A stretch of 64,000 nucleotides of DNA from Octopus sinensis (taxonomy: Eukaryota). The notes beneath the pieces were generated by a model. That model did not search any database and was not told where the DNA came from. It saw only the letters and a list, made by a program, of their open reading frames with translations. Both the position numbers and the translations under genes were made by a program. The DNA lies in the NCBI RefSeq assembly GCF_006345805.1, contig NW_021830464.1:812-64811 (forward strand), read 5' to 3'. Shown piece after piece: positions 40,668 through 55,793 of the stretch (within the stretch, counting starts at the first letter, position 1; every line of letters starts with the position of its first letter).

Positions 40668-41555
40668 AGAAGCGGATCGAACTTGCACGACTGCAATACC
40701 ACCGAAACATTTTATAGAGGACTAGTTGAGGGGAAGTATGACGACGATCTTGGGGAGAACCTGGGTATCGACGAAGAATACCAGATCTGCCCGTTCAGGA
40801 CAACCTATGGATAACTTTCAGAGATCTCTGGCCTGGCAGTGCTATCAAAAAGCACAACCCGTTCGAGGTAAGTTCTACAGGGATTGCTCTAGAAACACTG
40901 GGCCGACCTGCCCAATATGCGGTCAGATCAACGAAACCGTTCTCACGCACTCGTGCAGTGTCAAACCTTTTCCGACCTGTGGGCTTATGTCGAACAACTG
41001 TTGTCGCGTGTGGGACGAGTTGGTTTATCAGCCGAGTCTATCATTAATATTGCCCCACCTCCTTCCTTCAAACGGGAAGCAAGAGCTTCCGTTTTCATTG
41101 TGCTAGTGGCTATGGCGAAGGAATGTGTACGGTGGACGCGTTTGAAAGGCCTAGAAACAAACACTTTCCTCTCTGGTCAATCACTCATCAATTTTTTCAA
41201 GTATCACTTGAAAAGGAATGTGAGAGAAGAGATGGAAGTTTTGTTTAATGAACGTTTCACGAAAAGATGGATGAGTGTACGAAGGATGGCACGAATGAAT
41301 GACGGAGCCAGCTTGGGCATAATCGCATGAATCAAAGAGAGCCAGTACTTTACTCTAAGGTACTTTTGAATTACATTGTCCGAGGTTACCGTGGTCATTT
41401 CGTAGGTTTTTTTTCCACGGATAAACCTCTGTTTTTTGCACTATTTCGACTCGTCGATCCCTTTTGGTCGTTGCCTTTTTTTCTCCGACGAAAAGAAAAA
41501 CTCTACATTGTATTGTCCCCTCTGTGTCGAGCCCTGTGTTGCTAATAAAGAAAGT
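40668..41555 (+). mobile_element. 5'-truncated Tx1/L1-clade retrotransposon (zf-RVT-like C-terminus)
   Basis: DNFQRSLAWQCYQKAQPVRGK...TCPICGQINETV /frameshift/ HALVQC...LWAYVEQLLSR...LVAMAKECVRWTR; AATAAA tail; 9-bp TSD TATCTATAC at 40659-40667 and 41556-41564, at the edge of (TATC)n. Confidence 0.88.
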
Positions 41556-43315
41556 TATCTATACGTAAATCATAATATGTTTGGGGCGACTTCAAGATTC
41601 ATAACTAGCTAATGCTAAGCAATCTCAACATATTACTACAATAGTGGACACATAGATGCGGGGTATCTTTTTGTATTGAATTCTGGTCCACAAATGACGC
41701 TAGAGCAATAATTTATTATATATTATTACTGTTAGGTTCAGTTTATTGGTTCATTATGGACATTTAATTAGAATTGCATGTTTCTTATAGGAAGTGGAGG
41801 TTTTAAGTCTGAAATGAGAATAGAATGCAACTCTATACATTGGATAGCTCTGTATAAATTATCTAGCTAAGTATTGGTTTAACTAATCAGTTTTTTCAGC
41901 CTTCTGCTTTTCATTAGTTATTCTTGAAATGTCGATATTTTGAGGGTATCCCAGATCTAATATTCCGATAATTTACAGATTGATTTATATTTGTGTTTGA
42001 GTATTAGTCACTTCTCAGTTAAAGACAATCCTCCTCTCTTGTGTCTTTCACTTGATAAGGAAATGCAGAGCATAGTCTTTCAATTGTTACACATTATTGG
42101 GTAGTTTTTTGGGGCTTTTTTTGCTCTTCACGTGTATTATTTCTGAAGAAAATATATCGTTATATTATCGTTGTTTACAATTACATTCCATCATGCCAAC
42201 GTGATGTTTGCTGTAGGGGAATTTTGCATATGCTTATTTCTCTTAATATATAATAATATATCTAGCGGGCATACACTAGTACTTTGCACCTGCATTTTAA
42301 TGCTGTTTAAGTGGAATTTTTTTCGTAACAGCGCTACGTTAGGGAATTCTCTTAAATCAAATGTATCTTAGTGAAATGACGTAAGATTTGACTTGAGGAT
42401 TTTATAGAAATACTGTTCGAGTATATAATATTACGGTGTACTCCTTTTTATAGTGAGTAGAGGGAGGTGGATGGTTAGAGAAGAAACTTTAGCTTTTTAA
42501 TATTGTTTCAATATATTATTTAATTTGGAGAGGTAAATTAATTTTGATTGAAGTATTAGAATGTGTTTAGCTATGTCATAATCATAGGAAACAATAACAA
42601 CGTTGAAGTGTTGTGATCTAGCTTACTCGTCGTCTCTTTATTTGCCAATATTTATTGTAGCTGATTTCTTAGTGAGTATATCAAAATGTAGAGTGTGAAA
42701 AACTCTCCGTAATTATTGGAAGGTAAACTAAAGCAACGTTAATTAACCACCTTTCTTCTATTGTCAATAAAAAATAAATGCTTAGAGCAATACTGTTGAA
42801 GCAAATGTATTATTTGTAAAAGCATGCTATGGGTGTGAGACTCAATGAGAAGATCATCGATTAATTCCGACCATATAGCAATGGATGAATATTTTCTGTG
42901 TTATGGAAAGGTGCATAGCGCCTGATAATCAAATACGTTAATAAAATAGCAGGTCAACAAAATTTTACAATAAATACATTTATTGAATGCCTCCATACGG
43001 AACTTCCACATAATTGATAATTTTCATTTAAAAGGAATAATTGTACAGTCTGAACTATTTCACTCTTCGCTCTTTAAGCCACGAGTTGTATGTTTATTTT
43101 TTATTAGCTTATATATTTAAAAATTTAGTTTAATGTTTAAAAAAGTTTTATCCTTCGGAGCTCATCTCCATATAACCATCATCTCATCATATTCCACATT
43201 AGTAACACACAAAACATATTTCATTTTATCCATTCTCAATTTTTCTCTCTTAGTATATCTTTTTCTCTTTTTCTCCCCTTCTCTTTATACATACATACAT
43301 ACATATATACATACA

Positions 43316-43359
<44 letters not shown>

Positions 43360-44035
43360 AATCGAAGTGTACAGTATTATATATCCATTATGGATGATAA
43401 TACCAATCAGTTTTGCACTATATACACACACATATAGGTATATATTTATGCATGCATATAAGTATGTATGCTTGAATATAAGTATGTGCGTGTGTGTATA
43501 TATTTATATATATACATGTACATAAAGATACAGATGCATATGTATATGTATACACCTGCACACCCATCCCTACACAAGCACAAATATGTACACAAGCACA
43601 CGCGCGCACCTACACGAATATAACACACACACATATATATATATACAAGTAATTCTATTTGCATTTGTTGTTATGCTTTCTGCAATGTGTATCACTCTGA
43701 CTCGACAAATGTGTAAAATTCTGTCTGTAGGAACAGATTAAGAAAAAAATGTGGTTGGGGCAGGAACGAAATCCCTCAATAGAAAACTAGAAAAACAAAA
43801 ATTTAAGTATAAGAAACGTATAAGAAAGCAAAATATTGGTAAGTTTTGAATTGGTAATATATTATTTCCCTTCTAATCAATCATTTTACGGGGGACAGGA
43901 TTGGAACCAAAACAGAAATGAATTGAATGCGTATATATATGTAACGACACATATGCAAACATGTATATGTATAACCATGCTTCAATCCATTTATCCATAC
44001 GTACACACACACGCGCACACACGGATATATATATA

Positions 44036-44080
<45 letters not shown>

Positions 44081-44196
44081 CATACATATATACATATGTA
44101 TATATACATACATATATATATATATACATATATATATGTGTGTGTGTATACATAGACAGGCGTACATACATATATTACATCTATGCATATATCTAC

Positions 44197-44242
<46 letters not shown>

Positions 44243-44350
44243 ATATCTGTCTGTCAGTCTGTCTGTCTGTCTGTCTATATATCTATGATATATATATATG
44301 TATATATATATACATATATATATGTGTGTGTGTGTGTATAAGTATATGAA

Positions 44351-44392
<42 letters not shown>

Positions 44393-44716
44393 CACATGTA
44401 ATATGTATATACATTGCATATAGAAAGTGGGTGAAAGAATGAGGCAAGCATATATGTAGAGATATACCATGTGCAGCTTTAAATCTATCGGCTATTTGAA
44501 TAAGAGACATGTTTAGATTTATAACCTGCTGATCCAGAAATGTACCTCCAAAAATACAAACCTAACAAACCTATGCACATACCCAACGTTTCTGTTCTTT
44601 CACTTCCGAAGAACTATAAATATTCAGTATTTCTAAGTTTTGCATTAGTCCTAATTCATAGTTACTTTCTTAGACACATATATACACGCACATAGATATA
44701 TACATATCTATAAGTA

Positions 44717-44807
<91 letters not shown>

Positions 44808-44812
44808 TATAC

Positions 44813-44843
<31 letters not shown>

Positions 44844-44892
44844 ACATATATACATATGTATATATACATACATACATAATATATATATATAT

Positions 44893-44982
<90 letters not shown>

Positions 44983-44983
44983 A

Positions 44984-45231
44984 AAGACCCCCTTCGGTCA
45001 TGAGTGACCATGGGTTTGCACCTAGAAAGTTACCCTCCCAGGCACAAGTCTGGGCAAGGTTGTTTTTTATGGAAGGCCAGCAGTCGCCCATGCATACCAG
45101 CCTCCCCTCTCCACGCCACCAGTGTTGTCCAAGGGAAAGACAAAGGTCGATACATCTTGGCACCTGTGACGTCGCAACTCATTTCTACAGCTGAGTGAAC
45201 TGGAGCAACGTGAAATAAAGTGTCTTGCTCA
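44984..45231 (-). mobile_element. 5'-truncated family C SINE
   Basis: Reverse complement of about 60155-60400. Confidence 0.85.
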
Positions 45232-45550
45232 AATATATATATACATATATACGTAGATACATATATAAAAAATGCAATATCGCACAAGAACGCTAAACAT
45301 CCAGATAGACGATACAAAGAAAACAAGGACGGGTCATTCGGAGTTTTCTTTCCTCAGTCGAGTTCCAGATTATCTTTACAATTTCGGCTTGTTTAACTCG
45401 AGATTGCTTCAATCTGGCCAGTCCCAATCAAAAACTAAGCTAAGAGCATTAGATTCCTTAGAAGAAATCACCGAATGTATACAAAACTTATACATAAATA
45501 TACATATACATATATATATAATATATATACGCAGATATATACATATATAT

Positions 45551-45601
<51 letters not shown>

Positions 45602-47432
45602 TATGTTTAAATATTTGTTGTGCAAGATTTTTTACGTGAAGTCGTGTGTTGAAACAGATATTGTTATATTTCGGAATGGTCATATTGCCAGTTTAGCCAA
45701 TAAAAACACACGCACTATATATTTGTTGTTATTTTGCTTCAGCGTTATTTATTTTTTACATTAATCTTAAACTTTAAATAAGTTTAAGATATATATATAT
45801 ACGTGTATATATTTATATATATATATCAGTGTGTGTGTATGTGTATGTATGTATGTGTGTATGTGTGTGCGTGTATCTGCATGCGTTTGTAATCATACGT
45901 GCTCACATATATATGTTTGTAGTCTCCCTTTCAAAATTGGCACCTCGGAAATGTTCACTCGAAAAGCCAACGCTCGATTCACACACATAGGTTTACATGA
46001 AGGTCTATTTAATTGTAGATAGATGAGTGAGTTAGTGTGAGCATATTTGAATGTGTGTGTGTGTGGACACATGTTGCGTGTGAATATATAAATTGCTTCT
46101 ATCTGATATACATACATTCATAGACATACTGCATGCTAGCTAGCCTGAATGTTTTGCATCTTTTCACCGTTAAGGAAAAGTAAAAGTAATTTCCTTTTCG
46201 CTCTCTCACCGATTGCTGAGAATCCAAGCATCTCAAGATTGTCGTTAACTCTCTCACACAATACGCAGCCTCAATAAACACAATTGTATAAATATAAAGT
46301 TATAATGCTGATCACATAGACAGGTCCCTCATTAACCCTGTATGGATATTAAAAAATTCTCTTATCTTTTATATATCTGCATGCACATATATGTGACCGT
46401 CTGATGGATAACAGATCTCTACTATGTAACATGTCTTTTTCTTTTACCCAATATCTTATCTGTTGTGTGGCTCCAGTATTTTAATTTGGTGTCTTGCCAA
46501 GAGCATTCTACTGCTATATGCTTCTACATCACTGCATCTTCTTGTGTTTTGATCTTTCTACAAAGCTCTTTGACTGTTACATCATACCTAATCGAGATGT
46601 CAAGATAGGAAAGTTGCTTATGTTGTGTTTCACATTTTCAATGTCAGTTCCACGGACTCTGCACAGGCAGCCATATCTTTTGTATGCATCGGGTATTTTT
46701 TTTATCTCTTGTTCCTAGATTGCATTTGTAAGAGCTAATATATTCTTTCAAAGTGGAATTTAACATAACGTTTGTTTTCTTGAAAGTAAGGGCTTATATT
46801 ACGGTTGTTAGTAGAAGAGAGCATACTTTCGTTATATCTGTTAGTACTCAGCTTACGTTTTTTGAGAACATAGCTTATGGGAACTTTAGCCTTATTGCTA
46901 GAGGGCCTTTCATCAGATGTGTATGAGTGTATGTCGCTTGTCTCCAATAATGAAATACTTTTCGTGTACAACCTTTATACGCCGAATAGGGCTTTCTTCG
47001 ATAAGGAGATTTGAACCATGAATCCATTCCGACACCGCTTTCGAATGAATATGATGAGACATTCAAAAGCTTTTGCAAACAAGGTTAAGCTGCTGTCTCC
47101 GCGTGTTCATTGTAGGAAGAGACAACCAGTAAAATCTATTAATGGAGATATGTCTAGTGATCGATAGCACATTTAAAGTTTAATATCGATAGACCAAATG
47201 TCATTTAACGTCCAATTGAATAACCCAAATATTGGTATGATTGCTGCTACACCAAAACTATTGTACCCCTTATGAAATTGTATCTTTGAGGATCATATTC
47301 ATTATGACCAGCTGTGACTAACCCTGGTAACTCTTTCTTTACTACAAGTGAAATAATACGATATATTAAACTCAATTCCCGTGTATATGTAGCATTTCTC
47401 ATTACATTGTGGATGAATATTAAATCTACTAA

Positions 47433-47714
47433 TCACCGTGATCACCGTGACCGACCGGGCTATCAGATGTTGCTACAAATCGCTGGTCACAATGCGCTTC
47501 GCATTGTTTTAACCTTCAAATGACGCCAGAAGAAAGAGTGAAAGAAAGTTGTGGTGAAAGAGTACAGCAGGGATCGCCACCACCCCTTGCAGGAGCCTCG
47601 TGGAACTTTAGGTGTTTTCGATCAATAAACACTCACAACGTCCGGTCTGAGAATCGAAACAGCGATGCCACAACCGTGATTCCACTGCCCTAACCACTGG
47701 GCCATTGCGCCTAC
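47433..47714 (-). mobile_element. family A-headed SINE with third tail (A3)
   Basis: Family A head at 47714-47530, followed by GGCGTCATTTGAAGGTTAAAACAATGCGAAGCGCATTGTGACCAGCGATTTGTAGCAACATCTGATAGCCCGGTCGGTCACGG. Confidence 0.72.
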
Positions 47715-48250
47715 ACTGAAGCTATTAATATAAATGTTTATATGTATGCAGGAGTATACGGACCGTTTCGGGAAGGCCTCAAAACAGTGCACATTCTTTC
47801 CTCATGACCCATGAAACCTTCTCGTATCTAGTATGGGGAGTTTTCGACTGGCTATCTGTTACCAAGAAATTGTATGCATGTAGGTACTATGTTTCCCTTC
47901 AGCTGTGTCACTGTGGTTTCGCATCCAGCTTGTGCATGGAAAATTCATTAAAAGACTCCTTCCGTAGTCGTTAGATCTAATGATTTACTAATTCTTTTAA
48001 CGGGTTAATAATTTTTGCTTCCAAGTTGAAAACAGTATTAATCGTATTTTCGAGAATAGTCGTCGCATGCGCCAAAAATGCACTTAGGACTTCGATCGTC
48101 TCTAAGTATGTATTTGCATATATGCCATTATTCAGTTTTATCTCAATATTTCTTGCAAATAAAGAGTCGGTTTCTAACCTAGATCTAAGGCTCCTTCATT
48201 GGAATTCCAACAACATCAACAGGGTATTTTTGTATATATATATATATATA

Positions 48251-48518
48251 TCTATTATATAAAATCCATTCTGTCTGTGTGTGTCTTCTAGGATCTCGGG
48301 CATCTTCCATCCGATATTTAATATGTAGATACCGACGGTTATCAGTGCGTGTACAAGTCTTGAAAAAATTACAAAAGTCAATTCTAGGTGAGAATGCGAT
48401 CGATAAAGCCGTGGGAACGTGCATTTGTACGCACAAGTACATCAGCTGTTGCGATCGATACTCCGCGTACGCGAGAAAAATGCATGTGCAGTTTGGGCAA
48501 AAAAAGCCGGCTGGCTTG
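48251..48518 (+). mobile_element. probable non-autonomous Helitron
   Basis: Starts A|TCTATTATATAAAA followed by a CTGTCTGTGTGTGTC tract; ends with GC-rich GCCGGCTGG then CTTG|T (CTRR-like); no TSD or TIR. Confidence 0.5.
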
Positions 48519-48529
48519 TAATAATGCCA

Positions 48530-48605
48530 CAAAATATGAACATATCTAGACATGCAAGTATAACATGTGAATACACATATAAAACGGAACATGCAAATCC
48601 GTACA
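48530..48605 (+). mobile_element. short 3'-UTR remnant of the 22.3-kb RLE family
   Basis: ATATGAACATATCTAGACATGCAAGTAT...AAAACGGAACATGCAAATCC resembles 23083-23155. Confidence 0.45.
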
Positions 48606-49238
48606 TGTATATATATATATGTTTATATATACTTAAATATATGTATGTATACATGCATGGATGGATGAATATATGAATGCAATTGTGTATATATGTATGT
48701 ATGTATGTACATATGTATGCATGCATGTAAGTATATATATGTATGCATGCATTTATCCATGTATGTATGCATGTATGTATGTACGTCTGTGTGTATGCAT
48801 GTATGTATGTATGAATGTATGTATGTATGTATGTATGTACATATGTATGTATGTATGTATATAATCGGAAATGAATATTCTATGAATTACAATGCATGCA
48901 GGCATGTATAAATGAATTTATACGTGCATGTAGGCACTCGTGCATATACATTCTCTCGATGAATATGCGTGCATGTATGCATATATATCTGTGTGTATGC
49001 GTGTGTTGTGCGTGTATGTGTGTGGCTGTGTATATAAGTAGACGATTTAACTGTAACCTGTAGCTGTCAATCATTCTGTAACTATTTAACTACTTGTCTC
49101 TGACTCTATCAATCTATCTATCTATCTATCTATTTTTTTACTATCTTATACATATGCAAACACAAACACATACACATATACACAGGCACATACACTCACA
49201 CATAGACGCTCATACACACGCAGCACACTATATATATA

Positions 49239-49640
49239 GGCGCAGGAGTGGCTGTGTGATTACTAGGTTGCTTACCAACCACATGGTTCCGATTTCAGTC
49301 CTCCTGCGTGACACCTTGTGCAGGTATCTTCTACTAGAGCCTCATGCCGACAAAGGCATTGTGAGTAGATTTGGAAGACGGAAACTGAAAGAAGCCCGAG
49401 TATATATATATATATACATATATGTGTGTGTATGCGTGTCTGTGTTTGTCCCTTGTAATCGCTTGACAACCGATGCTGGTGTGTTTATGTCCCCGTAACT
49501 TAGCAGTTCGGCAAAACTGACCGATAGAATAAGTACTATAGGCTTACAGAGAATTACTCCTGGGGTCGATTTGATCGACTAAAGGCGATTTTCCAGCATG
49601 GCCGCATTTAAAAGACTGAAACAAATAAAAGAATAAAAGA
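49239..49640 (+). mobile_element. family B (CORE-like) SINE
   Basis: Colinear with 26191-26560, ending in (TAAAAGAA)n. Confidence 0.85.
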
Positions 49641-49666
49641 AGGAAGAATATATATATATTATATAT

Positions 49667-49719
<53 letters not shown>

Positions 49720-49734
49720 GTATATACATACATG

Positions 49735-49797
<63 letters not shown>

Positions 49798-50100
49798 ATA
49801 TAGATATATATATATATATCAGTAGGTATTTTTTACATGTATACCATCAATAAAGGCGTTCCATTTTATAGAAAATGAATTCAGAAATGTACTGAATATG
49901 TACTCATACGTGTAAAAATGATCTCTGTAAAAGATGTATATTACTAATCGTACGTACTTCTTTATGTGTGTTTATGCTAAAAATACACACATACCCTAAC
50001 ACACATGTAAACGCTCACTTCACAAGTATATATCCTTAACTACTTTTGATAAATGTCTATGCATACAGACATGTTTATAGGTATGCATGTATGTATGTTT

Positions 50101-50142
<42 letters not shown>

Positions 50143-50201
50143 GTTATATGTATATATATATATATATTATATATATATATACATATATATACATATGTAT
50201 G

Positions 50202-50232
<31 letters not shown>

Positions 50233-50378
50233 TACGCACAACGCATGCATACACACATATATCTATGTATGCATATATATATATATATATATATATTAAT
50301 ATGTATGTATATGTACATGCAGAAATGTGTCATCGCTATATATATGTGCACGAATATACGCGTTAGTATATAAATGTG

Positions 50379-50458
<80 letters not shown>

Positions 50459-51105
50459 ATAATACATAAATATGCAAGTATGTATATATGAGTGTATAGT
50501 AAATAATATTCTTCTTTGATTCAATATATTTAATAAAAAATATTGAATATGAGGAAAATAAGTAATAATAAGAGCCAAAATATAAAATGCAATAGTGGTT
50601 TGACAAAGAAATTATTATTTCAATAAGATACCCGTAGCATGGTGTTAAAACTTCATGTTTTGCAGAGCAAAGAGGAGATAGAGAAAGGAACAATAATAAA
50701 AAGAAATATTTATAAAAAAACCACTAAAAAAAAGTAAATATCAAAAACAAAACACAACAATCAGAAAATTATGAAATCTATTCTATTAAATTTATTTAGA
50801 TTCCTGACAATAATCTAATATAAGTACTGCATACTAACAACAAAGCTTATAATTCGTTTAACCTTGTGCATGTTAAATATTATCTAGACTTTACTGTGAA
50901 AATGAAAGAAAAAAAATCGTTAAAAGAAAACAGCTGAAAACTTTAAATGACGCCTGAGGCTAAGTATTTTCATTATTTTTACGTGCAAAACTTAGAGACA
51001 AGCTCACTTTACAGTCGAATAATAAAAGTTTTACAAAACTCTCCATGTATGGTTATTCTTCATCGTTGTTATTGCTGTTGTTATTGTTGTCATTACCTTT
51101 ATTCA

Positions 51106-51174
<69 letters not shown>

Positions 51175-51805
51175 GTTATCATTATTAATATTATTATTAT
51201 TATTATTATTAATATTATTAATATTATTAATATTATTATTATTATTATGAATATTATTATTATTAAAAAGGATAAAAAATATATATAATTGTTTGTATTA
51301 TTTGCTTTGCTTTCTTATTGTTTGGAAAACAAAAATCTAATTGTTATTAGATAATATCAAGTTTTGAAATTCGCTTTTTTCTGCATTCTCAAAAAGAAGC
51401 ACAACAAAAAAAATTAATAATAAATAAAAATTAAAAATTGAATATATATACATAAATATAAATATATGCGTATATGTGCATAGTTGTGTGGTGTGTGTGT
51501 GTGTGTGTGTGTATATTAAAAAAAAAAACAAGAAAAAGGGTGAAAGAAAGGCACGAAAGCTGTGAAGAGTTGAAAAGATATTGCAGATGACCTAGATCTG
51601 TAAAGTTGAGGTTTGAGCTTCATGAATCTACAGCTTCTGCTAAATCATTATTTTCTTTATCCTGGTTAAAGATTGCTTTACCACTTAAAGAAAACTTGTA
51701 TATAAGCACGTACACGCACACACAGACACATACACACAGAGAAACACCCGTATACATCATATAATATTTATGTATGAATATATTCATACATAAATATATA
51801 TATAT

Positions 51806-51884
<79 letters not shown>

Positions 51885-51889
51885 ATATA

Positions 51890-51922
<33 letters not shown>

Positions 51923-53004
51923 CGTTTGTATGTATGTGTACATTTTATTATATCATAATATATATATTACACACAGACATATGTACACAGTATATCTTTT
52001 GAGAATTTAATCAGTAATTATATAAATATATATGTAAATGTATCTGTGTGTGTGTGTGTGTGTGTATGTTTATGTGTGTGTCTGTGTGTGATGAATTTAT
52101 GATCCAAGTGTATGCATTTGTGTATTACGTACGTGTATTTAATACGCCTGTCTTTTAACAATTTAATTCATTCAAACAATTATACTGAAATGCACCCTGT
52201 AAAATCATACGTGTGCATGCGAGTTTATATGTAAAAATTTATGTCCGTCGTGTGTGTATATGCTTGTACATACAATGCACACTCGTATATTTAATATAAT
52301 ACGATATATAATTCTTTAATATCCGCAAAAATATTTAGCTTAATCTATTAATCTAACAAAATTTTCATTTTTCTTTTAAATATTATATTATTACGTTCAC
52401 ATTTCCATGCGAATTATGAAGATATTCAGATGTTTCAGACAATAAGCTATTAGTGTTTAATTCTTGAAAGTCCTATGGAAGTCATGAAGAGTAAATGACA
52501 TGAAATCATATTAAAGTAAATTCAATTAGATATATGTAATGTATATTACATAATAGAACTCCCAAATTTAAAATCGAGAACAAAAATTGAGGAGAGCGTT
52601 CTCTAAGACTTCATAGTTAGAAATTTTGACAAGTTCTACAACACCATCTAGTCAGTTGTAATAACGAACTCTGCGATTAAAGTCACTCCGGGCGTGATCA
52701 TCCCGTATTACTTTCCTTTTCATATAGACGAATGTGATTTACAAGATATTTGAGTGCTATTTCTAACACATCAGTTGCCAGCTAAGACGGTCCTTCTTTA
52801 CACGGTATTGAATCATTTATACCCACCACTAAGTGGTTTCGATCCTTTTCTTACTTCATTTTAATGATATCGTGAGTTAAAAGCAACAAAGTGAGAGTCA
52901 AGATATGAAACACAAGAACCCAGTTTTTTTTCAGTAATTTTATTCAGTCAAATACAGTATAAAATAATTTACAGATTTATGCAGGCATTCACGTCCGTGG
53001 GTAC

Positions 53005-53126
<122 letters not shown>

Positions 53127-53834
53127 ATATATATATATATATATATATTTGTCAGTCTGTCTGTCTGTCTTATCTGTCTGTTTTATCTGTGTGTCTTATT
53201 TGTCTGTCTATCTGTTTCTATCCATCTATCTGTCAATCTGTTTATCTATCTGTATGCATACTGTTTGTGTGTTTGTGTGCATATGGTTCTGTGTGTGAGT
53301 CTATGTGTGTGTGTCTGCGCCCTTGTGTATTTAGTCGTGCGTGTATATGCATAGAAGTCTCGAGTGAACGTGAAATAATTCTTTATTTGGAACGGTGGAT
53401 CCTTGAAGCGCATAGTGACATAAAGAATAACTTGTAAATATTGTTTTGAAAGACCTTTGGAAACAAAACATCGAAAGCTGCCTTATTGAAAGCGATTTTA
53501 ACCTAATACTTATACATTATTATTTATATTTCAATTTGCTGCAAGGTCCACACGCACATACACACACTCGCTGTGTATTTCTGAATGTATGCTATATATA
53601 AAGTCTAGATAATTCTACATTAGCTAAATTTGAAGCCTTGGCAGTGGAGATTACAATGATGTGAAAACATCCTATCTCTCTTGAAGTAAACAGGAATAAA
53701 TGGAAAACTTCTTAAACATTTGTAAATGCTCCTCATCGGATGTATAAGACATTTTCCTCTATTCACAATACTTTGAATCTAAATAACTATGTATAGTAAT
53801 AACACATTACATACATAGATGCATACATACATAC

Positions 53835-54045
53835 ATACAAATTTTTAGAAATTTTGCATCTCAAAACCGGAAGGAGGAAGCTTATTCGACTATAAATTCA
53901 ATCTGTCACTGGAACTATAAAAATCTGTAAAACCTGCATGCCAGAACTTTATCATTTAGGTATATATGAACGTGCCTAGATATGCAACTATATGCATGAA
54001 AAGACATGCATAAACCAAAACTTACAAATCTGAACGTATACATAC
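53835..54045 (+). mobile_element. 3' end of the 22.3-kb RLE family
   Basis: AATCTGTCACTGGAACTATAAAAATCTGTAAAACC...CTAGATATGCAACTATATGCATGAAAAGAC matches 23025-23160; (CATA)n on both sides. Confidence 0.72.
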
Positions 54046-54818
54046 GTACATACATTCATACATACATACATTCATACATGCATATATTCATGCATGCAAA
54101 AATACCTTGTTGTTGATATTGAAATGTCAATCTTTGGATCTGGATTAGAAACCCACTCTTTCTGTATTTGCAAGAAATCTTGAAATGAAACCGAATGACA
54201 TACATACATACATACATACATACATACATACATACAACCATACATACATACACAGATACACACGCACGCACGCACGCATAAACACATATATGTATGTATA
54301 TAATGATGATGAGAACGGAGACTTCTCCATATTTATAATTTTACTAAACAATTATTTACACCATTCTTTCGGAGTACTACATGCATAATTTCAACTGCAT
54401 CGACTGCACAGTTAAATATGCACCCTCTTGGTGCCATTTTCGGTAGAGTTTTATCAGGTCCATTATTTACTGCTATTTGAAGTTAAACTGTTGAACAATA
54501 AGAATGAATTCTCAATGATTCAAGGATGAAGAAAATTTCTGTATTCGTGTATTAAGGTTACTTATGGGTTCCATGTTAAGAAAGTATCTTAATATCCTAG
54601 CAATTTTTCCAGCCGATCATATGGAGGAATGGTGTTGATTTCCATTTTGGATGAAAACACGAAAATTCACGGGGATTCAGAATAAATTCTCGTAAGGATC
54701 ACAAGACATCAAGGGGTACTACTCTAGGATGAAACACAGGCATACACAACACACACATAAACACATACGCACGCACACACTCACACACGCACACACATGC
54801 ACACACACACACACACAC

Positions 54819-54890
<72 letters not shown>

Positions 54891-55793
54891 CCCTCCATTG
54901 TAGAGCACAATGGAATAGCTTAGCTAACTCTCCGAATTGATAGACATTGAGGACATCTGTATAATACTGTAAGTGATTTTTAGTATATCAGAATTAGGTA
55001 GGTTTTCATTGACAGATTTCCTGATTATGATTAAATTGGAATTTAAAGGCTTTTCATTCCACTTTCTAAGAAAGCAATAAGACCAGGGGTTTTTTTTTGG
55101 TTCTCCTTTCGCTATATCTATGGATAGATAGAAAGATTTTGCTGTGTTTAACTGTAAGTTTCCTCTCTTACTCACCTCAGATAAAGGACAGTTTTCTGAT
55201 ATTTTAAGCTTAACCCTTTTGAAAGCAATTAAAGTTGTTGAATCTTCATAGAAATCTCCTATGTAGTAGCTAAGTTATAAATAATCTGGAAATATAATTG
55301 AAACAGAACCAGTGTAGAGCTTGCAAGATTTTTGGAGGAAGACAAACAAACAGTTGTCCATGTATGCAAGTTTCCCCTTTCGCCGCCACCAATGTTTATC
55401 TAAATGATGTCTCGGATATGGGTCAATAAACCTCTTTCTAGCTCGTTCAGTCTGGAGAAAGGGAGTTTCCCCATGAAATTTTCATACTGTCAGAACTATT
55501 CTGAGCAAGGGGAGCATTAAAACGGACAACTTTATGCTAGCTTTTCTAACTTTTGTTAAATACAACAAACATAAATGCGAAGATAAATAAAAAAAAAGAA
55601 TAAATCCGAAGATAAATAGAGAAATAATACGAATTCATCTTACTTTTACACTGTTCCCTGTACACACGGGATAACGATGAAACGTCTGTGTGGCAAGTGT
55701 TTCGAATTGTTAGAAATAGCAGCTAAAGTTCTAATTAATCCCGCCCTCTCCTGTTGATGAAGAGAGTGATACAATACAGAGTATAGTCTAGAG

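Noticed and set aside
48292-48387. Host-gene exon GSRASSIRYLICRYRRLSVRVQVLKKLQKSIL
   Set aside because: Lies inside the probable Helitron and has no recognisable homology.
55347-55370. AYMDN as a reverse-transcriptase YxDD motif
   Set aside because: The second Asp is missing and no other RT motifs flank it.
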